Source of the DNA: a virus | DNA length: 64,000 nt | Reading direction: 5' to 3' (one strand) | Virus record (IMG/VR): IMGVR_UViG_3300037184_000121 | Location: 1-64,000 of that record | Part shown: positions 46,522 through 55,111 of the stretch, piece after piece | Numbering within the stretch: position 1 is the first letter of the stretch | Layout of the letters: each line of letters begins with the position of its first letter | Program-made: the position numbers and the translations under genes | Notes under the pieces: generated by a model | Told to the model about the DNA's origin: nothing | Databases searched by the model: none | What the model saw: the letters and a program-made list of their open reading frames with translations, nothing else

Positions 46522-46807
46522 TTTTAAATGTTATGCCTGTTTGGTTAAACCCCCAGAACACAAGTTTAGTGAGTGCCTATCAGTTGAGTGTTCTTGTCAA
46601 TGTGTGAGAGAGGTTTATTCGAAAGGTCCAAATCAGGTGCTTGAAGATGTAGCAGCGGATAGTCCAAATTTTTTAAAGATAAATAATGCAGAGATTAAGA
46701 CTCTCCCAGATGCTACAAAAGAAGTGAAGGAGTTCAATAAAATAGATCGTTCCGAATGGCTACCTAAAAAGAAAAAAGATAAGAGATTCAAGCGCAGAGT
46801 GAGATAA
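46514..46807 (+). CDS. Cys-rich hypothetical protein with basic tail
   Basis: CYAC...H...C...CSCQC. Confidence 0.65.
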   Translation: MTNFKCYACLVKPPEHKFSECLSVECSCQCVREVYSKGPNQVLEDVAADSPNFLKINNAEIKTLPDATKEVKEFNKIDRSEWLPKKKKDKRFKRRVR

Positions 46808-46811
46808 GACA

Positions 46812-47585
46812 ATCATAACCCTGAAGAGTAGTGAACATGTAGAACTTATTAAGAAAGCTGGCACAATCCTTTCGGATTGCCTCAGCTTTTTGTCGTTACA
46901 AGTACAACCTGGGGTGACAGGTTTACAGATTGATAAATTAGCAGATGATTTCATTCAGTCTCATGGTGGAACTGCTGCCTGTAAAGGATTTGAGGGATAT
47001 ACAGCAGCAACCTGCATTTCAGTTAATGCCAATGCAGTTCATTGTATCCCAGATAATAAACCATTTTTAGAAGGGGATATAGTAAAACTAGATATAGTAG
47101 TAGATTACCATGGCTGGAAAGCTGATTCTGCTATAAGTGTTCTCATTCCTCCAGTTAAACCAGAAGTCAGAAAGCTTGCAGAAACCACGTATACAGCAAT
47201 GCTACAGGGGATTTCAGCGTGTATTAATGGAAATACAGTCCAGAGTGTCAGTCAGGCAATTTATGACGCTAGAAACGAATATGGTATAGAATGTGGTGTA
47301 GTGAAAGAATTCACAGGGCATGGAATTGGACAAAATATCCATGAAGGGCCTTCTATTCCTAATGTGGTTATAAAAGAGAAGAATTCTCTCCTTGTTGAGG
47401 GGATGGTGCTTTGTATTGAACCTATTTTCTGCCTTGGAAAACCTGATATCTATTATAAAAAGGGGGAATGGAATACTTGGATGATGGACGGAGGTTTTGT
47501 TTCTCACTGGGAACACACAGTATTAGTAACTAACAATGTTCCTGAAATTTTAACATTACGAAAGGAAGAACGAGATCTTTTATGA
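46812..47585 (+). CDS. map: Methionine aminopeptidase type I (apparent non-AUG start)
   Basis: CISVN..VHCIP, GDIVKLD, DSA, GHGIG..IHE.P, IEP, SHWEHTV; homologous N-terminus ITLKS.E.VE.IKKAG extends in frame to ATC 46812. Confidence 0.93.
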   Translation: MITLKSSEHVELIKKAGTILSDCLSFLSLQVQPGVTGLQIDKLADDFIQSHGGTAACKGFEGYTAATCISVNANAVHCIPDNKPFLEGDIVKLDIVVDYHGWKADSAISVLIPPVKPEVRKLAETTYTAMLQGISACINGNTVQSVSQAIYDARNEYGIECGVVKEFTGHGIGQNIHEGPSIPNVVIKEKNSLLVEGMVLCIEPIFCLGKPDIYYKKGEWNTWMMDGGFVSHWEHTVLVTNNVPEILTLRKEERDLL

Positions 47586-47992
47586 AATGTAAAGATGTTA
47601 TTTGTGTTACATGTCACAATAAATTTTTTGGTGGTAGTACGGCTATGTATTGTTCTATATACTGTAGACCAAGGTATCAAAAAATAAAGAGAAATACCTT
47701 ACCAATTGCAAAGCGTTTTATAGGCTATTTAAGTGAGATTAAGATTGCAGCGGATTTGACTAGTAAGGAATATGAGCTTTTTTGGCCTGTTAGTATTGCT
47801 AATTCGTGTGATTTAATTGCTTTAAAAGACAATAAGTTATTTCGTATACAAGTTAAAACTGTCCATCGGGATACAAATGGTAAAATAACAATACCACAGG
47901 TTGATGTTTTGAAATATGATATTTTAGCATTATTTGTTGATAACTCAGAACTGCTATATTTTGATACTACTAATAAACCTTTTTATTTTTAA
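47582..47992 (+). CDS. PD-(D/E)XK endonuclease, homing-endonuclease-like
   Basis: G..SE, CDLIA, RIQVKT, YD; N-terminal Cys motifs. Confidence 0.75.
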   Translation: MKCKDVICVTCHNKFFGGSTAMYCSIYCRPRYQKIKRNTLPIAKRFIGYLSEIKIAADLTSKEYELFWPVSIANSCDLIALKDNKLFRIQVKTVHRDTNGKITIPQVDVLKYDILALFVDNSELLYFDTTNKPFYF

Positions 47993-48008
47993 CCCTAGAA
48001 ATTATCCC

Positions 48009-48037
48009 TTGACATTCTTATCTACTCCTGCTATACT
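48009..48037 (+). promoter_or_regulatory. Consensus sigma70 promoter, leaderless-type
   Basis: TTGACA-17-TATACT with TG; ATG 6 nt downstream. Confidence 0.85.
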
Positions 48038-48043
48038 TAAAAT

Positions 48044-48460
48044 ATGAGAACTGTCTTATTCATCTGCAGTGGTAACACTTGCCGAAGTCCAATGGCAATG
48101 AGTGTTGCCAGGACCTACCCTAAAATCTATGCATTTTCTAGGGGTCTTTCTGCTATGGATGGGGCTACAATGTCAGAGTGTGCTAAAAAGGCTTTAGAAT
48201 TAGCTAAGATCCCAGTGTCTCCTCATAAATCCAGGATGCTGCGTCCTGCTGATGTTGCACGAGCTGATTTGATTCTGGTGATGACTACCGTTCATCTCAA
48301 GGATATGAAGGTTGTATATCCAGAGGCTGCTGGTAAGACTTTCATGCTTAATCCCTTGGCTGATGTCGCTGATCCATTTGGTGATGAGTTGGAGCCATAC
48401 GTTAAGTGTCTTGAGAAGATTCAGGACTGGATAGCTCCGTGGTTGGACCAGCAAAAATAA
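48044..48460 (+). CDS. Low-molecular-weight protein phosphatase, YwlE/PtpB (arginine phosphatase)-type motif
   Basis: VLFICSGNTCRSPMA, SRG, ADLILVMT..H, DVADPFG. Confidence 0.9.
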   Translation: MRTVLFICSGNTCRSPMAMSVARTYPKIYAFSRGLSAMDGATMSECAKKALELAKIPVSPHKSRMLRPADVARADLILVMTTVHLKDMKVVYPEAAGKTFMLNPLADVADPFGDELEPYVKCLEKIQDWIAPWLDQQK

Positions 48461-48463
48461 GAC

Positions 48464-48492
48464 TTGACAAGATAACAATGTCATGTTATACT
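48464..48492 (+). promoter_or_regulatory. Consensus sigma70 promoter
   Basis: TTGACA-17-TATACT with TG. Confidence 0.85.
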
Positions 48493-48525
48493 TTAGTAGA
48501 TCAAAAAACCTGGGAGGGTACTAAA

Positions 48526-49182
48526 ATGGAAAGACACTTTTTGAAATGCTCGTACTGTGAAAGGCCGATGTCAGTTAATGTTGAGAATACTACTGAGATC
48601 GCTTTTATTCTAAAACAGAATTGTCCTTTGTGCGGAGAGCTTGCTCTTCGATATATGGGTCAAGTACGAAAGACAAATATTGTTCGTGGTGGAGTAAAGA
48701 GTGCTTGTGACTTGCGTTGCACCTCAGCAGTTGGCCCAAAGTGTGATTGCGTTTGCGCTAATGAAAATCACGGCACCCATCGTTTGGTGGTGTTTGATAA
48801 AGTTGTTGGTAAGCTGGAAGTTGTTGAAAAGGATTTGCTGAATAACAACGAGAATTACTTAGCCAGGATCAAGAGAATGGCGGCTGCAAAGAATAAGATC
48901 AAGGTTAATGTCATTACGTTCTTGAATTATCAAAATCGGGCTATCCTGGAATACCTTAAGCAGAATAAAGGGTATGCTTATAAGATGCCTTACGAAGATT
49001 ATCGCAAGTACAATATTTATCGTGAGATGCTGAAGAAAATTGACAAGATTGAAGACCTGAAGAGCATTCAGAAAAAGATCAACTCCTTGACGAAGCTGAT
49101 TAAGCAGATCGGGACAGGTCTTGACTACTTGGAAGCTTTGAGTGCAGCGAAAGAGGCTGCTGAAGCAAAGGTGGTCGCATGA
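48526..49182 (+). CDS. Cys-rich hypothetical phage protein
   Basis: GGAGG RBS before ATG 48526; CSYC, CPLC, CDLRC...CDCVC...NHG. Confidence 0.75.
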   Translation: MERHFLKCSYCERPMSVNVENTTEIAFILKQNCPLCGELALRYMGQVRKTNIVRGGVKSACDLRCTSAVGPKCDCVCANENHGTHRLVVFDKVVGKLEVVEKDLLNNNENYLARIKRMAAAKNKIKVNVITFLNYQNRAILEYLKQNKGYAYKMPYEDYRKYNIYREMLKKIDKIEDLKSIQKKINSLTKLIKQIGTGLDYLEALSAAKEAAEAKVVA

Positions 49183-49302
49183 ACATCTACGGGACTGAGA
49201 AGGGACCTTTTTTCTGGAATAAGAATGCAATCATAGTCAAACTGTGGAATAGCTTGACTAAAGCTGACTATGATGCTGTGAGACTGCGACTGAACTAATT
49301 AC

Positions 49303-49491
49303 ATGGGGTTAACACTTTTAACAGCAGCAGAACGTAAGATTCTCATTGATAAGCTTGTGGCAAATGATGTCACGGAGTATTTTCATATAGCTATTGGTGA
49401 AGGATCTTTGGAAGCAGGGAGAATTAGAAAGAATATTAGAAAACTCTATAATAAATTAGACGATGCAGAATTACTGAGTATCAAATTATGA
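49303..49491 (+). CDS. Hypothetical protein
   Basis: ORF in the early gene run. Confidence 0.55.
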   Translation: MGLTLLTAAERKILIDKLVANDVTEYFHIAIGEGSLEAGRIRKNIRKLYNKLDDAELLSIKL

Positions 49492-49513
49492 ATAGGATTA
49501 TCAAGGAGATCAT

Positions 49514-49735
49514 ATGATAGTTTGGGATGGATTTACTTTAGTTGGTTTAGTTATTGTTGGAATTGGATTTATATTGTATATTCTATCTATGGTCTTAGAT
49601 GGAATTGAGAAAGTATATGAACCAGTTGTCAAAGTAGAAAATAGTCTTGGATTGCCTTTCGGTGTAAAAGCAATTGTAAATTATGTTATTGCTTTATTTG
49701 TAATTGCTTTGTTGTGTAGATTTTTTAAAGTATAA
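49514..49735 (+). CDS. Small 2-TM membrane protein
   Basis: AAGGAG RBS, two hydrophobic segments. Confidence 0.65.
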   Translation: MIVWDGFTLVGLVIVGIGFILYILSMVLDGIEKVYEPVVKVENSLGLPFGVKAIVNYVIALFVIALLCRFFKV

Positions 49736-49747
49736 GAAGAGGATAAC

Positions 49748-50362
49748 ATGCGTGTAAGGTATAATTTAGTCAGGAAAAAATTTGGTAGGCTTTTAGTGAC
49801 GAGTTTCCACCATAAGGATGAAAAATACAGAAGTAATTTCTGGAATTGTCAATGTGAATGTGGTAATATATTAGTACTTTCTGCATCAACTCTTCAAAGA
49901 AAGAAAAGACCTACAATATCATGTGGATGCTATAGATATGATAGGGTGTCGGGTCAGCCAGCTCCAAATAGATTACTTAAGGGTCGAGCAAATTTTAATT
50001 CCTTATTTCAGTCCTATATAAAAGCTGCTAAACAGCGAGAAATAATTTTTCTTCTAACACAAGAGGAATTTCGACAATTGACTAGTCAGAATTGTCATTA
50101 TTGTAATAGTGAGCCACTGCAGAACCATAGTAAAAGGGAAACCTACGGTTCTTATTTATATAATGGTATAGATCGTTTAGATTCTGATAAATCTTATATC
50201 TTAGATAATTGCGTTTCTTGCTGCAAGGTATGTAATTATGCCAAACGAATTATGACAGTTGAAGAGTTTAAATTTTGGATTACACGAGTATATAATAATT
50301 TTGTAAACCGAAGATTGGAGGATCATCCCCTCTCCTCAGCTCCAATTTCTTATGAGCAATGA
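49748..50362 (+). CDS. HNH homing endonuclease
   Basis: KFGRL.V, WNCQCECG, SCGC, CHYC, NGIDRLDS..Y..DNCVSCC..CN.AK. Confidence 0.9.
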   Translation: MRVRYNLVRKKFGRLLVTSFHHKDEKYRSNFWNCQCECGNILVLSASTLQRKKRPTISCGCYRYDRVSGQPAPNRLLKGRANFNSLFQSYIKAAKQREIIFLLTQEEFRQLTSQNCHYCNSEPLQNHSKRETYGSYLYNGIDRLDSDKSYILDNCVSCCKVCNYAKRIMTVEEFKFWITRVYNNFVNRRLEDHPLSSAPISYEQ

Positions 50363-50588
50363 ATGTCCTTTACCGTGTAAGATTTGCTTTCACCCAGGAG
50401 AGCAGCATTTTGTATTTGAAGATACTGTTACCGAGTGGTTATTTAATGAGGATGTCGGTCATGAGGTCGAAGTAAATTCACCTTATCCTCGTCCTGTCTG
50501 TAATGAATGTTCAAGGGATTGTGTTTTTGAAGAGATGACTAATTTGGAATTTGTGGAATGGAAATATGATAATCATCAATGTAAGTAA
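50352..50588 (+). CDS. Small Cys/His protein with divergent TNLEFVE motif
   Basis: CKICFH....H, CNEC, EEMTNLEFVEWKY. Confidence 0.65.
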   Translation: MSNECPLPCKICFHPGEQHFVFEDTVTEWLFNEDVGHEVEVNSPYPRPVCNECSRDCVFEEMTNLEFVEWKYDNHQCK

Positions 50589-52017
50589 TGTGAAGAGCCA
50601 GCTTGTGGGTGAACTTGATCCCAGAGTGATCTCAGCCCTACGTGCTAAACTATCTGCAGAGATGGTTGGAGCCTTTTTTGCTCGTCGAGCCAATCCCTAT
50701 GCAGGAGTCAGATACTTTTTCACTCCAAAGACTCAGATGTTTCCTACAGGCATGATCCATTACGTGCGTGATATTCTTGATAAATATGGAGTTGCTTGGG
50801 AGATCGTTGATTTACGTCCTATTGCACAGCCTGGGACTGAAATGCCTTTGCATGGTGTAATCCTACGTGATTATCAGCAGGAAGCGGTAGATCTAGCTGT
50901 CCAGAAGCAACGAGGTATCATAAGAGCTGGTACGGGGGCAGGTAAGAGTGCTGTTCTATCAGGTATCATTGGTCGGCTGAATATGAAGACTCTCATCCTG
51001 ATCCATAAGCAAGACATCTTCTATCAGTTGATCAGAACCTTTGAGAAAAATCTTCAGATACCTATTGGAAAGATCGGTGACGGTGAATGCGAATTTCAGA
51101 ATGTGACGGTAGCTATGGTTCAGACAGTTGCTCATGTCTTCAATCCAAAGGTTAAGGTCCTGGCAAAGGATAATAAGATTCTGAAGGAGAAGGCAGACGT
51201 TATTAGGCAGTTTCTTTCAGGTGTCGAGTGTGTTCTGGTAGATGAAGCCCATCATATTGCTGCAGATACCTTTTGGGATGTAATGCAGAATATTCCTAAA
51301 GCTACCTATCGTATCGGGGTGACAGCGACTGCATTTAGGGAAGATAATATGGATCTGATGCTTGAGGGAGCCTTGGCGAAGAAATTTGTGGACATCTCTT
51401 CCTCTGATTTGATTGATCGTAAATTTTTAGTCCCTCCGTCTATCTATCTGTATCCCATAGATCATCCAAGGCGTAAAAAAGATGATCCCTATGCTGTTGT
51501 CTATGGTGAAGAGATCGTTAACAACATAGAACGTAATATGCTGATCTGCAATCTCGCTCTGAAGGCTAAACATGCAGGGAAAGCTGTGCTGATAGCGGTG
51601 ACACAGATTGAGCATGGAGAAACTTTAGAAAAGCTGTTGCAATCTGTAGATAAATCTGCTATATTTGTTAATGGTCAGTCAAAATCTGAAACCCGTAAGC
51701 AGATTCTGCAAGAGCTTGGTCAGGGTACAGTGAGAATTGTTGTGGCTACAAATATCTACTCAGAAGGAGTGGATATGCCAGCTCTGTCAGTCTTAATAAA
51801 CGCTGCAGGAGCTGCCTCTGGCATTCATTCCTTGCAGTTGCTTGGTCGAGTGCTTAGAACAGCTCCAGGTAAGACGAAAGCCTGGGTTGTGGATTTGCAA
51901 GATGATGGGAAGTTTTTAAACAATCATTCAAAGGAACGGGTCAACATTTATACGACGGAACCTCGTTATAAACTGATTCCTGTGAAGGATATTTCGGAGG
52001 TGAATTTTAATGACTAA
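50566..52017 (+). CDS. Superfamily 2 DEAH helicase (UvsW-like)
   Basis: LRDYQ, GTGAGKS, DEAHH, TATA.RED, EGVD.P, Q.LGRVLR. Confidence 0.93.
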   Translation: MIIINVSNVKSQLVGELDPRVISALRAKLSAEMVGAFFARRANPYAGVRYFFTPKTQMFPTGMIHYVRDILDKYGVAWEIVDLRPIAQPGTEMPLHGVILRDYQQEAVDLAVQKQRGIIRAGTGAGKSAVLSGIIGRLNMKTLILIHKQDIFYQLIRTFEKNLQIPIGKIGDGECEFQNVTVAMVQTVAHVFNPKVKVLAKDNKILKEKADVIRQFLSGVECVLVDEAHHIAADTFWDVMQNIPKATYRIGVTATAFREDNMDLMLEGALAKKFVDISSSDLIDRKFLVPPSIYLYPIDHPRRKKDDPYAVVYGEEIVNNIERNMLICNLALKAKHAGKAVLIAVTQIEHGETLEKLLQSVDKSAIFVNGQSKSETRKQILQELGQGTVRIVVATNIYSEGVDMPALSVLINAAGAASGIHSLQLLGRVLRTAPGKTKAWVVDLQDDGKFLNNHSKERVNIYTTEPRYKLIPVKDISEVNFND

Positions 52018-52654
52018 GATTGATTGCATCAGTGACTTGCATATGTACTTTGGGCCTAAGCTCGAAGGTGGGGATATTCTCATTATGTCGGGGGATATTT
52101 CATTTGTCGGCAATGCTATAGACTTTGCTGAGTTCGATTTTTGGCTTGGCAAGATCAAGCACCAGTATAAAGCTATTATTGTGACTCCAGGAAATCATGA
52201 TCTGGGCAGTCAGCGTAATCCTTCCTTGTTTAAATCATTGATTACGAATGCTACCTATTTGGTGAATGAACCTGCTACCATCTTGGGTCTGAAGTTCTGG
52301 GTAAGTCCGATGACACCTACCTTTATGAATTGGGCATGGATGGCAGACCGTGGTGCATCGATTAAGAGATATTGGGACATGATCCCTGAAGGAACGGATG
52401 TAATTGTGACACATGGACCACCATTTGGTATTTTGGATGCTTGCCCTGACATGGATGATTCTACAAAGCTGGTAAACGTCGGATGTGAGGAACTTTTGAA
52501 AGCGGTGCAGCGAATTAAGCCTCGCTTGCACATTTTTGGACATATTCATGAGGGTCATGGTCAAGTCACGATTGATGGAACTACTTTTATCAATGCTTCC
52601 ATTATGAATGGTCAGTATCAGCCAGTGAATAGTCCGATTACAATAAATATTTAA
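52010..52654 (+). CDS. Calcineurin-like metallophosphoesterase
   Basis: SDLH, GD, GNHD, THGPP, FGHIHE. Confidence 0.93.
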   Translation: MTKIDCISDLHMYFGPKLEGGDILIMSGDISFVGNAIDFAEFDFWLGKIKHQYKAIIVTPGNHDLGSQRNPSLFKSLITNATYLVNEPATILGLKFWVSPMTPTFMNWAWMADRGASIKRYWDMIPEGTDVIVTHGPPFGILDACPDMDDSTKLVNVGCEELLKAVQRIKPRLHIFGHIHEGHGQVTIDGTTFINASIMNGQYQPVNSPITINI

Positions 52655-52663
52655 AATTAGCTA

Positions 52664-52692
52664 TTGACAGAAAGTTATTTACCTGATATAAT
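52664..52692 (+). promoter_or_regulatory. Perfect sigma70 promoter for the tRNA-like RNA
   Basis: TTGACA-17-TATAAT with TG. Confidence 0.88.
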
Positions 52693-52698
52693 TATAGT

Positions 52699-52785
52699 GA
52701 GTGGTGTACAGCGTAATGGGGAACGGTGCCCCATCCCTTTATAAGGGGTTGCTCATAGATACGAGTTCGACTCTCCTCACCCTCA
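52699..52785 (+). tRNA. tRNA-like RNA, possibly degenerate tRNA-Ile(UAU)
   Basis: GAG-TTCGACT-CTC T-arm; ATCCC-TTTATAA-GGGGT anticodon arm; bulged acceptor stem GAG(T)GGTG/CACCCTC; D-arm atypical. Confidence 0.5.
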
Positions 52786-52826
52786 AAATTTTGTATGTGT
52801 TAAATGAAATAATAGAGGTGATCCAA

Positions 52827-53822
52827 GTGAAAAAGTTACTAGCCGTACTAGCCGTGGTTTTAGTGTCGAGGTTTAGTTTTGCAGATCCGTCTACAATTGG
52901 TACACAACCACCTTCAGCTGGGTGGAATTTCGGTAACGTAACTTATGGACAAGAGGGGGGATCTCTTATCCTTAATTCATTGAGTGATCGTTATGGGATT
53001 GCACAGTTTCAAACTGCAAATACCAACGGTCAAACTACTCAAATGCTTGGGAACGCAGATTACATCCCAGAAGCAGCCGTTAAGAATCAATTGGCGATTG
53101 ATGGCTACACTCAGGCATGGGATTATAATCCTCAGTATGCGGGGATTGATGCTTCCTATTACAATCAGTCCCTCCCTACGAATATTCCTTTAACTGAATT
53201 AAGCTTTACTGGACTGGCAGGAGATCCAACTGCTCTGCAAAACGTCTATGTTCCTACTTCTGAATACAATGCTCTGTCAGCTCAGGGGCAAGCAGCCAGT
53301 ATCAGCACTTTGAATACTGGTCTTGCCACCACGAATACCCAGGTGGCAGCAAATACAGCAGGTATCACTTCCATAAATAATATGAGTGATCCTACAACAG
53401 TGTTGAACCAGGCTGTGAATGGTAACACTGTAGCGATTGCAAATGAAACAGTTAGAGCTACAACCACAGAGAATTCTTTGTACACAGGGCTTAATAATGA
53501 AACAGCACGAGCCCAAGGTGCCGAAGCTGGGCTGCAGAATCAGGTTAATGCTACCAATAGTAAGGTAGCTAACCTAGATAACCGTGTTGACAAGTTGGAA
53601 CAGGTTAAGGCTATGGTTGATATGAATGTACGTATTCTTGATGCAAAGAAGTATTCAGTAGGTTTCTTTGATACTTGGGATGTGTCCAATAGTAGGAACT
53701 TTGCCTTTGGTGCTCGTTTGACATACAAGCTTGGTTCGTCGTATGAGGAACGTCAACTTGAGAAGCAGCAGAAGCAGATTGAAGCCTTACAGCGAGTATT
53801 GACCAAGATTGCTAATCAGTAA
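52827..53822 (+). CDS. Secreted trimeric-autotransporter-like (YadA-type) surface protein
   Basis: GAGGTG RBS; KKLLAVLAVVLV signal peptide; NETARA..AE..L and LDNRVDKLE coiled coil; C-terminal beta-strands. Confidence 0.6.
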   Translation: MKKLLAVLAVVLVSRFSFADPSTIGTQPPSAGWNFGNVTYGQEGGSLILNSLSDRYGIAQFQTANTNGQTTQMLGNADYIPEAAVKNQLAIDGYTQAWDYNPQYAGIDASYYNQSLPTNIPLTELSFTGLAGDPTALQNVYVPTSEYNALSAQGQAASISTLNTGLATTNTQVAANTAGITSINNMSDPTTVLNQAVNGNTVAIANETVRATTTENSLYTGLNNETARAQGAEAGLQNQVNATNSKVANLDNRVDKLEQVKAMVDMNVRILDAKKYSVGFFDTWDVSNSRNFAFGARLTYKLGSSYEERQLEKQQKQIEALQRVLTKIANQ

Positions 53823-53830
53823 ATTAGCCC

Positions 53831-53859
53831 TTGACAAAAGTAGATAAGTATGATAGACT
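53831..53859 (+). promoter_or_regulatory. Sigma70 promoter, leaderless-type
   Basis: TTGACA-17-TAGACT with TG; ATG 5 nt downstream. Confidence 0.8.
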
Positions 53860-53864
53860 GTAGT

Positions 53865-54020
53865 ATGAAGAAATTACCTTATCAGACAAAAGCGAAATGT
53901 CCAGTGTGCAATGAATTCAAATGGACGGATTTAAAATCTAAACAAAGGGCAGCTAGAGGTTGGTCTTGTACTGATTGTGTAGCTAAGAAATTTGGTATAA
54001 CCTTTGAGGAAAGACAATGA
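53865..54020 (+). CDS. Small zinc-ribbon protein (51 aa, not in ORF track)
   Basis: CPVC...CTDC; ATGA overlap with the next gene. Confidence 0.7.
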   Translation: MKKLPYQTKAKCPVCNEFKWTDLKSKQRAARGWSCTDCVAKKFGITFEERQ

Positions 54021-54205
54021 GTGAGACAGACGATATTTTTGATATTGATGATTTCCTAAAAAAGAAGAAAGCTCCTGCTTATATTCAGAAAGTATGGGAT
54101 AAGCATCTAAGATATCTCAATGAGTGTGAGCAAGCTGCAGAAAAAGGTTTAGAAATAACCCAAGCTCTTAGAACTATTAAAACTGCTCTTGAGAAAATTA
54201 AATGA
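54017..54205 (+). CDS. Hypothetical protein
   Basis: GAGG RBS, ATGA coupling. Confidence 0.65.
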   Translation: MSETDDIFDIDDFLKKKKAPAYIQKVWDKHLRYLNECEQAAEKGLEITQALRTIKTALEKIK

Positions 54206-54390
54206 GCTTTATAACTAACGACAATACATGTGAGTGTGGGCATCCGAAATCGAACCATGTTTATAACAACAAGTTCGAATCAGTCTGGTGTGAGCTGAAT
54301 CAGAAGGTGTGTGATTGTTGGCAATACAAAGCGAGATATGTTGAGAGTAGAGAATATGTGGATCTTCAAATAGTTAGGGATTACAAATAA
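54202..54390 (+). CDS. Small CxCGH zinc protein (lacks DNLxYLE)
   Basis: CECGHPKSNH...C...CDC..Y. Confidence 0.7.
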   Translation: MSFITNDNTCECGHPKSNHVYNNKFESVWCELNQKVCDCWQYKARYVESREYVDLQIVRDYK

Positions 54391-54409
54391 CTCAAGGGAG
54401 GGTTATCCA

Positions 54410-54640
54410 ATGGCTCATAAACCTTATACAGCAGCAGAGAAGGCTAGGATTGTGGCGAAGGGAGAAGCAAGACTTGGGAATCAGCATTTCATTGGGATGA
54501 CTGAGGTTGTTCCTGAAGTGCAAGTTCTTGAAACCTCAGAGCAGAAGGCTGAAAAGGCGCAAGCAAAGTTTCATGCTATGTACACTGATTTATTCGCTAA
54601 AGCGATTACTAATCTGCAGGATGGTCGGGATCTGAGGTGA
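54410..54640 (+). CDS. Hypothetical protein
   Basis: GGAGG RBS. Confidence 0.65.
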   Translation: MAHKPYTAAEKARIVAKGEARLGNQHFIGMTEVVPEVQVLETSEQKAEKAQAKFHAMYTDLFAKAITNLQDGRDLR

Positions 54641-54957
54641 AGATCCTAATTTCTATTCTGTGTTTAGGTCTATTGACTCCTGTGTATGCTGCAGAGTCAT
54701 ATCAGGACCTATCCAGGGAATATAATCAGGTCTATAGAGAGTTTCTTAGAAATAAGATTGAGAAGTTTCCTAAGAAAGCGACTATAGCGATTTTCTTGAA
54801 GGATGGAACGAGTGTAAAGGGAACCTTTGAAGGCTTTTCCAAATATGATGATGGTGTTTGGATTATGCCTCTGGGTAAGCATGGATTATTTGCAGATGAG
54901 GCATATGATATTCGGCAGATCCAGGATGTAAGTCTAATTATACTAAGGAGAATCTAA
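54637..54957 (+). CDS. Secreted hypothetical protein
   Basis: Signal peptide ending VYA; IFLKDGTSVKGTF. Confidence 0.65.
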   Translation: MKILISILCLGLLTPVYAAESYQDLSREYNQVYREFLRNKIEKFPKKATIAIFLKDGTSVKGTFEGFSKYDDGVWIMPLGKHGLFADEAYDIRQIQDVSLIILRRI

Positions 54958-55109
54958 TGAAAGAGAAATTATTGCTTGCATTATTCTTTGTATTGGTGGG
55001 GGGGAGTTTTGTTGCTATTACCCTCTCTGTCACAAAATTATTCGTTGCTAACGTGAATAGTGTAACAACAAGTTATTTTCCAGAAGGAAACTCTGGCATA
55101 GGTGAATAG
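54957..55109 (+). CDS. Small membrane protein (50 aa, not in ORF track)
   Basis: AAGGAG RBS; MKEKLLLALFFVLVGG. Confidence 0.6.
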   Translation: MKEKLLLALFFVLVGGSFVAITLSVTKLFVANVNSVTTSYFPEGNSGIGE

Positions 55110-55111
55110 TC

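Noticed and set aside
46743-46811. TGA read-through or fusion explaining the MetAP start
   Set aside because: The frame upstream of TGA 46800 has no start codon and is closed by TAG at 46743
49120-49140. LDYLE in 48526..49182 as another DNLKYLE tag
   Set aside because: It lacks the conserved Asn and upstream aromatic residue; the match is too weak
52701-52826. N-terminal extension of the adhesin ORF
   Set aside because: It overlaps the tRNA-like element; RBS and signal peptide indicate a start at GTG 52827
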